Of a DNA stretch of 26,422 nucleotides, positions 16,856-26,288 are shown one piece after another. A program made the position numbers and the translations under genes. How positions within the stretch are numbered: the first letter of the stretch is position 1; each line of letters begins with the position of its first letter. The notes under the pieces were generated by a model. The model saw only the letters and a list, made by a program, of their open reading frames with translations. It had not been told where the DNA came from and did not search any database. This DNA is from Oligoflexales bacterium (lineage in GTDB: Bacteria > Bdellovibrionota_B > Oligoflexia > Oligoflexales > Bog-1112). The DNA lies in contig JBGCDR010000139.1 in assembly GCA_045105515.1 (NCBI GenBank), positions 1-26,422 of the forward strand, given 5' to 3'.

Positions 16856-19144
16856 TTATTTTGAAGCAGCTTCTTTTTTCTCAATCATAATCTGATGTGC
16901 GGTTAAGTAAATCATGTCAATCAGTTCTTGAACTGAAGCAGTTCTTTGCATGACATGAGCTGGCTGTTTCATCCCAACGAGTATGGGCCCAGTTGGGCTG
17001 ACTTCTCCCAGGCTTGTGAGTAGCTTGTAAGAGATGTTAGCTGAGTTTAAATCGGGAAAAATAAGCACATTTGCTCTACCTTTAAGGTCACAGAATGGGA
17101 ATTCTGTTTCGCAAAGCTTGGGATCTAAGGCTACATCAGCTTGCATTTCCCCATCCACTTCAAGGTGAGGTGCCCTCTCCTTAATTATTTTGACTGCTTC
17201 TGAGACTTTTTTCGTCTTTTCATGGCTGCTAGCACCAAAACTAGCAAATCCGAGCATCGCAACTCTAATGGGGTCATTGGTGTAATGTTTTGCGATTTCA
17301 GCAGCAGACAGAGCAATATTTGCAAGTTCTTTGCTGTTTGGATCGATATTTACTGTGCAGTCAGCAAAGAAAGTGAGGGTCTTGTCTTTGACAAGCATAT
17401 AAACACCAGCTAGGGTTTTTCCTTCTTGAGTCTTGATAATTTCAAGCAGTGGTTTGATTGCTTTTCTGTATGGACTTTTTATTCCGTTCACAACCCCATC
17501 TGTGTCACCTCGGTGTAGCATTATGGCAGCGAAGTAGTTTTCATCTGTTATTATGTGCTGAGCTATAGTTCTGGATACTCCTTTGCGATTACGAAGTTCA
17601 TACAGACATTTGGCATATTCTTCTGCTTTGGAGCTTAGGTGAGGGTCGATGATATCGATGCCAGCTAGGCTCTGTATACCAAGTTTAAGGGCTGCCTCCT
17701 TGATTTTCTCTTCTTTACCAAGTAGGCAGATACTGACTTCACCTGTTTCAGTACATTGTTTTGCCGCTCGGAGAACGCGGTCATCTGCGCCTGCTGTAAG
17801 GGTGATTCTAGGCACGAACTTCTTTTTTGAAGATTGTGTGGCAATTTCTGTTCGCAAGTTGCGGATTACTTTGCGAGTTGGCCCTAGGATTCTCTCTATT
17901 ACTTCACAGTATTCTCTCAAGTCGATGGTTTTGCGAGCTACTCCAGTTTCCATAGCTGCTTTTGCTACTGCAGGAGCAACTTTTAACAGAACCCTATGGT
18001 CTACAGGTTTTGGAATAAGATAATCTTTTCCGAAAATATAAGAATCGGAGCTTTGGTAGACATTCATGACCTCTTCAGGCACGTCTTCTTTTGCAAGTTG
18101 AGCAATGGCATGTACTGCCGCTAACTTCATTTCTTCATTGATGGTTGTTGCTCGTACGTCTAAGGCTCCTCGAAATATATAAGGGAAACCAAGTACATTG
18201 TTGACTTGATTTGGGTAGTCCGAGCGACCGGTAGCCATAATAACATCTGAACGAGTGCTTTGTGCAAGTTTAGGGTCTATTTCTGGATTGGGGTTGGCTA
18301 GGGCAAATACGATGGGGTTCTTAGTCATAGACTCTAACATTTCTGGCTTTAGGATGTCTGCAGTGGATACTCCGACAAAGGCATCGGCGTCTTTTAAAGC
18401 ATCAGCTAAAGTTCGGCACTGAGTATTGTTGGCAAAGCGTTTTTTATATGGGTTTAAATCCTCTCTTTGGGAATGAATAACCCCTTTACTGTCGCACATT
18501 AATATCTGTTCAGACTTAACCCCTAAAGTCTTAAAGAGTGAAGCACAGCTGATTGCTGCAGCCCCTGCTCCACTAAAAACTACTTTAATATCGTCGATTT
18601 TTCGCTTGGTTAGTTCAATTGCATTAATGAAAGCAGCTGCTGCTATGATGGCAGTACCATGTTGATCGTCATGAAAAACAGGAATGTTCATTTCACTCCT
18701 GAGCTTTTCTTCAATATAAAAACACTCAGGGGCTTTAATATCTTCGAGGTTGATACCACCAAACGTTGGTTCTAATCTTTTGACTGTATTAATAAAGTCG
18801 TCAGGATCACTGGCATTGACTTCAATGTCAAAGACATCAATATCAGCAAATTTCTTAAATAGCATGGCCTTTCCTTCCATGACTGGTTTGGCAGCGAATG
18901 GACCGATATTTCCTAGGCCAAGAACTGCGGTACCATTGCTGATGACCCCCACTAAATTTCCCCTTGTTGTATAGCGAAAAGTCTCATTTTCATCCTCTGC
19001 TATTTTGCGACAAGGTCCAGCAACTCCGGGAGAGTAGGCTTTAGCAAGATCCTCTTGGGTGTCTAATGGCTTAGTGCATTTTATAGCAATTTTTCCCCTT
19101 GGGGATTCCATATGGTAGTTCAGTGCTTCTTTTTCAAAATCCAT
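16856..19144 (-). CDS. maeB: NADP-dependent malic enzyme with C-terminal phosphotransacetylase-like domain
   Basis: YSPGV, KPVMEGK, INLEDIK, FHDDQHGT, GAGAA, NQVNNVLGFP; PTA-like FFADCTVN, DGEMQAD, ANVLIFPDLNSANISYKL. Confidence 0.96.
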   Translation of the reverse strand: MDFEKEALNYHMESPRGKIAIKCTKPLDTQEDLAKAYSPGVAGPCRKIAEDENETFRYTTRGNLVGVISNGTAVLGLGNIGPFAAKPVMEGKAMLFKKFADIDVFDIEVNASDPDDFINTVKRLEPTFGGINLEDIKAPECFYIEEKLRSEMNIPVFHDDQHGTAIIAAAAFINAIELTKRKIDDIKVVFSGAGAAAISCASLFKTLGVKSEQILMCDSKGVIHSQREDLNPYKKRFANNTQCRTLADALKDADAFVGVSTADILKPEMLESMTKNPIVFALANPNPEIDPKLAQSTRSDVIMATGRSDYPNQVNNVLGFPYIFRGALDVRATTINEEMKLAAVHAIAQLAKEDVPEEVMNVYQSSDSYIFGKDYLIPKPVDHRVLLKVAPAVAKAAMETGVARKTIDLREYCEVIERILGPTRKVIRNLRTEIATQSSKKKFVPRITLTAGADDRVLRAAKQCTETGEVSICLLGKEEKIKEAALKLGIQSLAGIDIIDPHLSSKAEEYAKCLYELRNRKGVSRTIAQHIITDENYFAAIMLHRGDTDGVVNGIKSPYRKAIKPLLEIIKTQEGKTLAGVYMLVKDKTLTFFADCTVNIDPNSKELANIALSAAEIAKHYTNDPIRVAMLGFASFGASSHEKTKKVSEAVKIIKERAPHLEVDGEMQADVALDPKLCETEFPFCDLKGRANVLIFPDLNSANISYKLLTSLGEVSPTGPILVGMKQPAHVMQRTASVQELIDMIYLTAHQIMIEKKEAASK

Positions 19145-19285
19145 TTGTTAAAACCTTATGTATAGGGGAATTTTGAGAGATTAAATGATAACTCAATTCC
19201 GAAAATTCACATTTCCTGTCATCTCAAAGCCCCTTCGGGATTGGGCATAAGAGATTTGCCAAGACCGATAAATTTTGGACCTAAT

Positions 19286-20794
19286 TTATAGATAGCGGGT
19301 AACTCCTAATAAGCCAATTTCCTGACTTTTTTGTAGGTCTAAAATACCAGGTTGACGATGGCCTAATTTTCCATTTTGAATAATCGTAAAAGCTAAAATA
19401 CCATGCTTAGGGTGATTTACATATCCAGCAAGAGAAGACACAGCGTAAGGATCAGTAAGGGTGCCAGTCTTAGCTCGAATATATCCTTTTAAGCCTGTGG
19501 TAGCATCTGATTGAAATCGCTTTTCAAGGGTACCGGTTTTACCTGAGGTAGGTAAGCTTGCTAAGAACTCTGAAAATAGATCCCAGCGCTTAGCCATATA
19601 GATGAGTAATTTCGATACTTGTTCAGCACTTAAGCGGTTTTGGCTAGTTAATCCTGAGCCATTTTGCAGGATGAATGCGGTTCTGATGCCTACCTTCTTG
19701 CTCAGGAACTGGGTAATGATATTCATACCATTTTCATAGCTACCTTCACTATTGATGGCGCTAAAATTCTTACTTAAATCTTGGGCACCCAGGCGCTTAA
19801 CCATAACATCAGCAATGAAGTTATTTGAATGAATGTTTAGGTCTCGAATGATTGATTCGATTGGTTTGCTTGGTACTGTCAAAAGCAGGTTCTCTACCTG
19901 CTTTGTTGTTGAAGCAACAGAGCCTTTAATTCGGATTCCTTGTTCTTGCATAAATCTACGAAAAATTTCACCCGAAGTTAAGACAGGATCGTTCACAGAG
20001 CGGTAAATCTTTTGCAGTGGATAGCCAAGAGGAATCCTTCCTGACAATATAATTTTGGACTTGCCTCCAGCGAGGCTTACCCGGCTTACTCGGTAGCTAG
20101 CGCGGGAGTTTGAACTGCTAGTTTTTATGCGGTTGTCAATGAGAACTCCCCCTATGGGGTAAGGGTCCAGTTCTGCTTTGGTTTTTGCGCCCACTCGGCT
20201 CCCAGGAAATATCGCTATGGCAAGGGTATTGAAGTTGAGCCCAAACGCAGAGACCGGGGCATCGTAGGCATGGTTGGATGCGTTTTTCCCTTCATTTCTG
20301 ATTTCATCACGCATACTTCCAGAAAATATGCCGTTGTTAATTAGAATTTGTCCATTAACTTCCTTTAAACCCATATGTTTTAAATCTGCTGCCACCCCCC
20401 ACAGAGTTTCTGAAACGAAGCTTGGATCTCCATCACCTTCAATTATAAGGTCGCCTGAGATAGTGCCATTTCGAATGCTTCCTGAATAACCTATTTTAGT
20501 TTCAAATCTAAAAGTTGGACCAAAATAATGGAGCAATGCGGCTGATGTGATTAGCTTTGTCACTGATGCAGGGCTGAATAATTCTTTTTCCTGGCTCTTG
20601 TAAATCACCTTACCATCTTGAACTCTAGCTATGTATATTCCCTGCTTCAGTTTGGTATTTCTTACCATAAATAGTCGATCAACTCTGCTTTTCAAGCTTT
20701 TGTTAGCCAAAACTTTGGATTGCGTTGCTATAAAGAAAGCAAAATACAATATCATTATGGTGAATGAACGCCAAATTACGGCCCTCTGGAACAT
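19286..20794 (-). CDS. dacB: D-alanyl-D-alanine carboxypeptidase/endopeptidase (PBP4, peptidase S13)
   Basis: PASVTK (SxxK), GDGDPSF, SNN (SxN), NGSGL, AKTGTL (KTG); N-terminal hydrophobic signal; GGGAGG RBS. Confidence 0.95.
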   Translation of the reverse strand: MFQRAVIWRSFTIMILYFAFFIATQSKVLANKSLKSRVDRLFMVRNTKLKQGIYIARVQDGKVIYKSQEKELFSPASVTKLITSAALLHYFGPTFRFETKIGYSGSIRNGTISGDLIIEGDGDPSFVSETLWGVAADLKHMGLKEVNGQILINNGIFSGSMRDEIRNEGKNASNHAYDAPVSAFGLNFNTLAIAIFPGSRVGAKTKAELDPYPIGGVLIDNRIKTSSSNSRASYRVSRVSLAGGKSKIILSGRIPLGYPLQKIYRSVNDPVLTSGEIFRRFMQEQGIRIKGSVASTTKQVENLLLTVPSKPIESIIRDLNIHSNNFIADVMVKRLGAQDLSKNFSAINSEGSYENGMNIITQFLSKKVGIRTAFILQNGSGLTSQNRLSAEQVSKLLIYMAKRWDLFSEFLASLPTSGKTGTLEKRFQSDATTGLKGYIRAKTGTLTDPYAVSSLAGYVNHPKHGILAFTIIQNGKLGHRQPGILDLQKSQEIGLLGVTRYL

Positions 20795-20908
20795 GAAAAC
20801 CTCCCGGCAGGTTTGTATGGTTTCTGCATTTAAGGTTATATACTCGCAAGCCTAGGTGAGCACTAAAAACCTTGCTGACTTATTAAGGATAACCTCTTAC
20901 AAAGCCTC

Positions 20909-20936
20909 TTGACAGAGCAGGCTTGATCCATAAGGT
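20909..20936 (+). promoter_or_regulatory. Putative sigma70 promoter of the trxB-mrp-DUF971 operon
   Basis: TTGACA (20909-20914), 16-nt spacer, TAAGGT (20931-20936). Confidence 0.5.
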
Positions 20937-21025
20937 AGCTTAAGGTCTAATGACAGCTCAGCAGGAGCTTGGTAACCTTAGCGCGCCGCCGAGGCTTCAC
21001 CACTCTCAAGTTAAGGGAAATAATT

Positions 21026-21952
21026 ATGAATGAAGTTACGATCGTTGGGACAGGGCCCGCTGGATTAACCGCTGGTATCTATACAGCTAGGGCGGGATTA
21101 AAGCCGGTAATTTATGCTGGTATTCAGCATGGTGGGCAACTTACTACCACTACTGATGTAGAAAATTTCCCAGGTTTTGCAAAGGGAATCATGGGGCCCG
21201 AACTGATGAATGAAATGACTTCCCAAGCAGAGAGGGTTGGGGCAACACTCATTTATGAAGAAATCACAAAAGTTGATTTCTCAGAACAACCTCTTAAATT
21301 GTGGAGTGATGAAAAGCTTATAGAATCTAGAACAGTTATAATCGCGACTGGAGCTAGTGCTAAAACTCTGGGCTTAGCAGATGAAGGTAAGCTAATGGGT
21401 AGAGGGGTCTCAACCTGTGCAACCTGTGATGGTTTTTTCTACAAAGATAAAAAGGTTGCTGTAGTTGGAGGAGGTGATTCTGCCATGGAAGAAGCTCTGT
21501 ACCTGGCAAATCTTTGCTCTGAGGTCATATTAATTCACCGGCGCGATGGTTTTCGTGCATCAAATATCATGCTTGAGCGTGCAAAAAAACATCCAAAAAT
21601 TAAATTCTTGTTGCCTTACACAGTAACTGAAACCCTAGCAGATCAAACAGGGTTAACAGGAATTAGAGTGCAAAACTTGTCAGATAAAACTGAGCAAGAT
21701 ATCGAGCTACATGGACTTTTTTATGCTATTGGACACAATCCCAATTCAACGATTTTTGCATCCTATGTAGATTTAGATGAGCATGGTTATCTAAAAGTTG
21801 AAGAATATACCAAAACAAAAGTTCCTGGTGTTTTTGGTGCTGGAGATATAGCTGACCCAGTCTTCAAACAGGCTATCACCGCAGCTGGAATGGGGTGTCA
21901 GGCAGCAATTCAAGCAGCAAAATTCATCGAAGAGTGGGCACATAGAGGGTAA
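21026..21952 (+). CDS. trxB: Thioredoxin-disulfide reductase
   Basis: GTGPAG, GGQLTTTTDVENFPG, CATC, GGGDSAMEE, HRRDGFRA, QAITAAGMG; start at ATG 21026 after AAGGGA. Confidence 0.97.
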   Translation: MNEVTIVGTGPAGLTAGIYTARAGLKPVIYAGIQHGGQLTTTTDVENFPGFAKGIMGPELMNEMTSQAERVGATLIYEEITKVDFSEQPLKLWSDEKLIESRTVIIATGASAKTLGLADEGKLMGRGVSTCATCDGFFYKDKKVAVVGGGDSAMEEALYLANLCSEVILIHRRDGFRASNIMLERAKKHPKIKFLLPYTVTETLADQTGLTGIRVQNLSDKTEQDIELHGLFYAIGHNPNSTIFASYVDLDEHGYLKVEEYTKTKVPGVFGAGDIADPVFKQAITAAGMGCQAAIQAAKFIEEWAHRG

Positions 21953-21954
21953 CA

Positions 21955-23124
21955 ATGAGTATCATCAAGGAGATTTCCAGTAAAATCAGAAGAATGGGTA
22001 AGCCTGGTAACAATAATGTAATTCAAGGCACTGATGCTGATCTGAGTGAGACTTTGGTTTATGAAGCATTGAAAGCTGTGATTGATCCAGACCTCCATAA
22101 AGATATTGTGAGCTTAGGATTTGTTAAGAAGGTAAAAATTAGCTCATCTTGTGTAAATATTGTAGTGCAATTTACCACTCCAGCCTGTCCAGTTAAAGAG
22201 GAGCTTAAGAAGCAGTGTGAAGAATCTGTTCTTAGTATCCCTGGAGTGAATGAAGTTAAGGTGGACTTGACTTTCCCAGGGCCACCTCAAAATACTCAGA
22301 TAAGTGAAAAGAAAAACAATGGTTTAATCAGAGTTAAAAATATTATTGCTGTGGCTTCAGGCAAGGGGGGCGTTGGAAAGTCGACTACTGCTATCAATTT
22401 AGCACGTTCACTTGCTTCCTCGTCAGCAAAAGTTGGGGTCATTGACGCAGATATTTATGGGCCTTCCATTCCAACTTTGAGTCAGGTTGGTAAGCCTTCT
22501 CAAATGGATGGGGATCTTGTGGTACCCCCAGAAGTTAATGGAATAAAGTTTATTTCTGTTTCGATGTTTAGTCAGGACGATAAAGCCCATATCTTAAGGG
22601 GGCCGATGGCTGCAAATCTGGTAAAGCAATTTCTGTCAGGAGCTGCTTGGGGGGAGCTAGATTATTTACTTATCGATTATCCTCCTGGAACTGGAGATAT
22701 TCAACTTACTATCTCCCAGATCGCCTCGCTTGCTGGAGCAGTTATTGTTACTACTCCACAAGAATTAGCTCTAATGGATGTTAAAAAATCCATTTCAATG
22801 TTTAATACAATGAAGGTGCCAATCGTTGGCATCATAGAAAATATGAGCTATTTCTTATGCGATGAATGCACAAAGAAACACTATATTTTTCAAATGGGTG
22901 GGGGTAAAAAGCTATCCCAAAATTTGGGACTCCCACTTCTAGGTGAGATTCCCATAGAGGCTAATCTGGTTAAAGCAAGTGACAAAGGCCTAGGTTTTGA
23001 AGGAATGGATCCTAAGCTGCGAGAGTCCTATAGTCAAGTGACAGAACGCTTTGTGAGAGAGCTTGCAATTCTGAACTCTAAGCAAACAAACTCTTTGGGG
23101 TCATTTTCTCTTTCTTGGAAGTAA
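21955..23124 (+). CDS. apbC: Mrp/ApbC/NBP35 Fe-S cluster carrier ATPase with N-terminal DUF59 domain
   Basis: DUF59 (VIDPDL..DIVSLG..TTPACP), GKGGVGKS, DADIYGPS, RGPM, PPGTGD, TTPQ, ENMS..CDEC. Confidence 0.93.
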   Translation: MSIIKEISSKIRRMGKPGNNNVIQGTDADLSETLVYEALKAVIDPDLHKDIVSLGFVKKVKISSSCVNIVVQFTTPACPVKEELKKQCEESVLSIPGVNEVKVDLTFPGPPQNTQISEKKNNGLIRVKNIIAVASGKGGVGKSTTAINLARSLASSSAKVGVIDADIYGPSIPTLSQVGKPSQMDGDLVVPPEVNGIKFISVSMFSQDDKAHILRGPMAANLVKQFLSGAAWGELDYLLIDYPPGTGDIQLTISQIASLAGAVIVTTPQELALMDVKKSISMFNTMKVPIVGIIENMSYFLCDECTKKHYIFQMGGGKKLSQNLGLPLLGEIPIEANLVKASDKGLGFEGMDPKLRESYSQVTERFVRELAILNSKQTNSLGSFSLSWK

Positions 23125-23128
23125 AGCA

Positions 23129-23437
23129 ATGAAAAATTTTTATTCTATTCAGGAAATATGGCAAAAAGATGAGAGCACTCTTGGTATTATTTGGAGTGAT
23201 GGTCTTGAATCTAGTTTTAATGTGGTAGATTTGAGGCGTTCGTGTCCCTGTGCCGTTTGTGTTGATGAAATGACAGGAAAGCGAAAGTTGCTTGCTTCAG
23301 AAGTAGCTAGTTCAGTAAGGCCTGTTACCGTAAAATCAGTTGGTCGTTATGCTCTTAATGTAGAGTTTAATGATGGCCACAATACTGGAATCTATAGCTT
23401 TGAAAGCCTTAGAAGATCACATGATGCTCATTCATGA
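23129..23437 (+). CDS. DUF971 (gamma-butyrobetaine hydroxylase-like N-terminal) domain protein
   Basis: IIWSDG..LRRSCPCAVC..VGRYAL..FNDGHNTGIYSFESLR. Confidence 0.9.
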   Translation: MKNFYSIQEIWQKDESTLGIIWSDGLESSFNVVDLRRSCPCAVCVDEMTGKRKLLASEVASSVRPVTVKSVGRYALNVEFNDGHNTGIYSFESLRRSHDAHS

Positions 23438-23868
23438 TGATAGGGAGTTCCATTAATTATATTGAATGCCCTATAAATTTGTTCATGGACAAGTAGCCAA
23501 GCTAAGTCTGATGGAAATGTTGCGTTAGATAAACTCCATTTATAGTCTGCAGAACTTGAAATTTCGGAGGGCAGTCCATAAGGGCTTCCAACCACAAACA
23601 TAAGACTTTTAGTCTGCGGTAAGTCTGTGTGTTTAACTACAAATGAAGAAAGTTCTTTTGAACTCCATTGCTTTCCTTTTTCATCGAGGCAGATGATAAT
23701 TTGCCCAGTCTTTTGCTTTAAATCTTGAATCAGTTTGAAAGCTTGCTCGTTATTTTTAGTCTCAAGAAACTCTGTTTTGCTAAATGATTTAAGCCTATTA
23801 TGATAAACAGCTAATAGGGGTTGAAATTCCTTTTTAATTCTTCCTATTTTAAGTAAGCGAATTTTCAT
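23428..23868 (-). CDS. rlmH: 23S rRNA (pseudouridine1915-N3)-methyltransferase
   Basis: MKIRLLKIG start (ATG 23868), LDEKGKQWSS, FVVGSPYG, SLS..TFP, EQIYRA, PYH. Confidence 0.9.
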   Translation of the reverse strand: MKIRLLKIGRIKKEFQPLLAVYHNRLKSFSKTEFLETKNNEQAFKLIQDLKQKTGQIIICLDEKGKQWSSKELSSFVVKHTDLPQTKSLMFVVGSPYGLPSEISSSADYKWSLSNATFPSDLAWLLVHEQIYRAFNIINGTPYHHE

Positions 23869-24147
23869 GTAAAAAAACCTAAAGCTCTTTCTATAAAAAA
23901 TGTGATGGAACTTTGTATTACATTTTTCATTAAAAATCCACATTTGAATATGATTTTTAAAAAGATATAATTATCATTCCCTTGAGCCAGCTTATTAGGT
24001 TTGTAACTAAGCTCCCTCGGCATATGGTATTCCAAGCGATTTAGATTATAATAGAGATGATAAACCAAGCTACTTTGAGCCTGTATTTGATAACCAATTA
24101 CAATCCAAGGTAAGGGACCATTTAAGTAAATTTGTTAAGGTGTTTTT

Positions 24148-24516
24148 ATGAGTAATAAAATTTTTGTAGGTGGAATTAACTGGAAAACTAATGAGGAAGC
24201 TCTTGAGAATAAATTTGGAGAAATAGGGCAGGTAACCTCAGTAAAGATTGTGTACGACCGAGAAACAGGAAGATCCAGAGGATTTGGATTTGTTGAGTAT
24301 GCAACCGAGGAAGAAGCTGGAGAGGCTGTGAACAAATTCGATGGAGTTGAGTTCGAAGGGCGCAACATTAAAGTCTCTATCGCTAAAGAACGCAATGACA
24401 GGGGAAGCCGCGGAGGCGGTGGAGGGCGCAATTTTGGTGGAGGCGGCAATAGAAATTATGGTGGAGGTGGCGGAGGAAATTATGGTGGAGGCGGCGGAGG
24501 AGGAAATCGCTGGTAG
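24148..24516 (+). CDS. RRM RNA-binding protein with Gly-rich tail
   Basis: RNP2 IFVGGI, DRETGRS, RNP1 RGFGFVEY, GGG/NYGGG repeats. Confidence 0.95.
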   Translation: MSNKIFVGGINWKTNEEALENKFGEIGQVTSVKIVYDRETGRSRGFGFVEYATEEEAGEAVNKFDGVEFEGRNIKVSIAKERNDRGSRGGGGGRNFGGGGNRNYGGGGGGNYGGGGGGGNRW

Positions 24517-24529
24517 CGCTTCAACCCCC

Positions 24530-24569
24530 TAGATCTGCCTAACATATGAGGCAAATCTATTGATTTTTT
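24530..24569 (+). terminator. Probable intrinsic terminator after the RRM gene
   Basis: TAGAT-C-TGCCT / AGGCA-A-ATCTA stem followed by TTGATTTTTT. Confidence 0.5.
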
Positions 24570-24610
24570 CTTAACTTAAACCATACATAAATATCCAATA
24601 TTACATTTAT

Positions 24611-24644
24611 AGATCTTCTTGCTAAGACTTTAGCAAGAAGATCT
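24611..24644. repeat. Perfect 15-bp inverted repeat
   Basis: AGATCTTCTTGCTAA-gact-TTAGCAAGAAGATCT. Confidence 0.85.
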
Positions 24645-24703
24645 GTTGTGTTATGAATTCTGTCGTGTAAGAAACTCTAAGCTTTGATTTAGGGAGGATT
24701 TTC

Positions 24704-25699
24704 ATGACTGAGGACTATAAAGTTTTTCGTGTTCATAAACATGATAAAGGAATGAGTTCTGGGTTCGAACAACAAGCATTTGAGCCAATTAGCGCAGAGC
24801 AGGTTAGAATTAAGGTTCAACACTCTAGCATTAATTACAAAGATGCATTAGGCGTGACTGGAAAAGGAAAAATTTTTCGCAAGTTTCCCATTGTGCCAGG
24901 AATTGATGCCGTGGGACAGGTCGTCGAATCAAAATATGCTGCATGTCCTCCTGGATCAACGGTTGTAGTGACAGGGTGCGGTTTGGGTGAACTGCATGAC
25001 GGGGGCTATGGAGAGTATGTAAGCGTCCCTGGGGACTGGGTAGTTAAACTTCCTGACGGTCTTTCTATGAAAGAGGCGATGATTCTTGGTACAGCAGGTT
25101 TTACTGCAGCTATCTGTGTCCATCGTTTAGAACTGAATGGCTTAAAGCCTGGTAACGGACCTGTTTTGGTAACTGGCGCAAGCGGTGGAGTAGGATCGGT
25201 TGCTATTGATATACTGTCTGCAAGATCCTATGAAGTGGTTGCCGTATCAGGAAAATCTTCTGCAGTCAGCTACTTAGAATCCATTGGAGCAAAAAAAGTT
25301 ATTAGTCCAGACCAGCTTATGGAGCTAAAGAAACCACTGGAATCAGTTAGATATTCAGGAGCAATAGATAATTTAGGAGGCAAAGCTTTAGAGGCAACTC
25401 TTTCATGCATAGATCTTTGGGGGAGCGTTGCTTCTGTGGGCTTGGCTTTAAATCATGAATTACATACCACAGTAATGCCATTTATCTTGAGAGGTGTTAG
25501 CCTCCTTGGAATCAGCTCTGCTAATTGTCCTTATCCACTAAGAAGAGAACTCTGGAAAAAATTGGCAGGGGAGTATAAACCAAGACACCTTGATGAAATT
25601 GTGAAAGGTGAGGTCCCTTTGAGTCAAATTGAACAGGCCTTTGTCCCTTTTATTGAACGGAAGACTAGTGGTCGTTACATAGTAAATTGTCAGGAATGA
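24704..25699 (+). CDS. acuI: YhdH/YhfP (AcuI-like) zinc-free medium-chain oxidoreductase
   Basis: SSINYKD, VPGID, GTAGFTA, TGASGGVG, TTVMPFILRGV; GGGAGG RBS. Family is clear; substrate is not. Confidence 0.85.
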   Translation: MTEDYKVFRVHKHDKGMSSGFEQQAFEPISAEQVRIKVQHSSINYKDALGVTGKGKIFRKFPIVPGIDAVGQVVESKYAACPPGSTVVVTGCGLGELHDGGYGEYVSVPGDWVVKLPDGLSMKEAMILGTAGFTAAICVHRLELNGLKPGNGPVLVTGASGGVGSVAIDILSARSYEVVAVSGKSSAVSYLESIGAKKVISPDQLMELKKPLESVRYSGAIDNLGGKALEATLSCIDLWGSVASVGLALNHELHTTVMPFILRGVSLLGISSANCPYPLRRELWKKLAGEYKPRHLDEIVKGEVPLSQIEQAFVPFIERKTSGRYIVNCQE

Positions 25700-25721
25700 A
25701 GTCTAATCTTAAGGATATTTA

Positions 25722-26288
25722 ATGCTGACTGGTAAGCAAATTGATTCATTTTCTCGATGTGGATATTTAATTCTTGAAAATTGGGCTACAGACAAAGAGT
25801 GCGAGCAGTTAAAAAATCAGATGAATACAATTCTTGATAATTTTTCCCAAAAAAAGCAGGACAATTGTAGCTTTTTTTCCACAACAACGAAGGATCATGA
25901 AAGTGATCGATATTTTCTTGATTCAGCAAATAAGATTAGCATATTTTACGAAAAAGAATCATTTTCTTCAGAAGGAAAGTTACAATATCCACTGAGCCAA
26001 TCCATTAATAAAGTTGGACATGCTTTGCATGAGCTGGACGCAGTTTTTATGGATTTTTCTTCACAAAAGAAAATTGTGGGTCTATGTGAACTATTATCTG
26101 GCATAACCAGGCCTCATTGCATTCAATCTATGTATATTTTTAAGCAACCTAAGATTGGGGGAGAGGTGGTGTGTCATCAGGATAGCACCTATATTCATAC
26201 AAAGTCTGGAAAACTCCTAGGTATGTGGTTGGCTTTGGAGGATGCTAATCAGGAAAATGGCTGCCTATGGGGGATTCCTGGTAGGTAG
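25722..26288 (+). pseudogene. Truncated phytanoyl-CoA dioxygenase family (PHYHD1-like) Fe(II)/2-oxoglutarate enzyme
   Basis: INKVGHALH, QSMYIFKQPKIGGEV, HQD (HxD), WLALEDA..ENGCLW; ends at IPGR* where the family reads PGSH, so the distal His and 2OG-binding Arg are absent. Confidence 0.75.

Noticed and set aside
16856..19144. Malic enzyme-PTA fusion as a novelty
   Set aside because: This is the well-known MaeB architecture.
19286..20794. DacB as a predatory prey-rounding enzyme
   Set aside because: Single full-length copy among housekeeping genes with no adjacent ankyrin immunity gene; nothing separates it from ordinary PBP4.
20935..21002. tRNA-like sequence (TAGCTTAAGGT..TTCACCA)
   Set aside because: No T-arm GTTCRA and no acceptor stem pairing.
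24400..24510. Tandem GGN-rich 24-nt repeats
   Set aside because: They simply encode the Gly-rich tail usual for bacterial RRM proteins.
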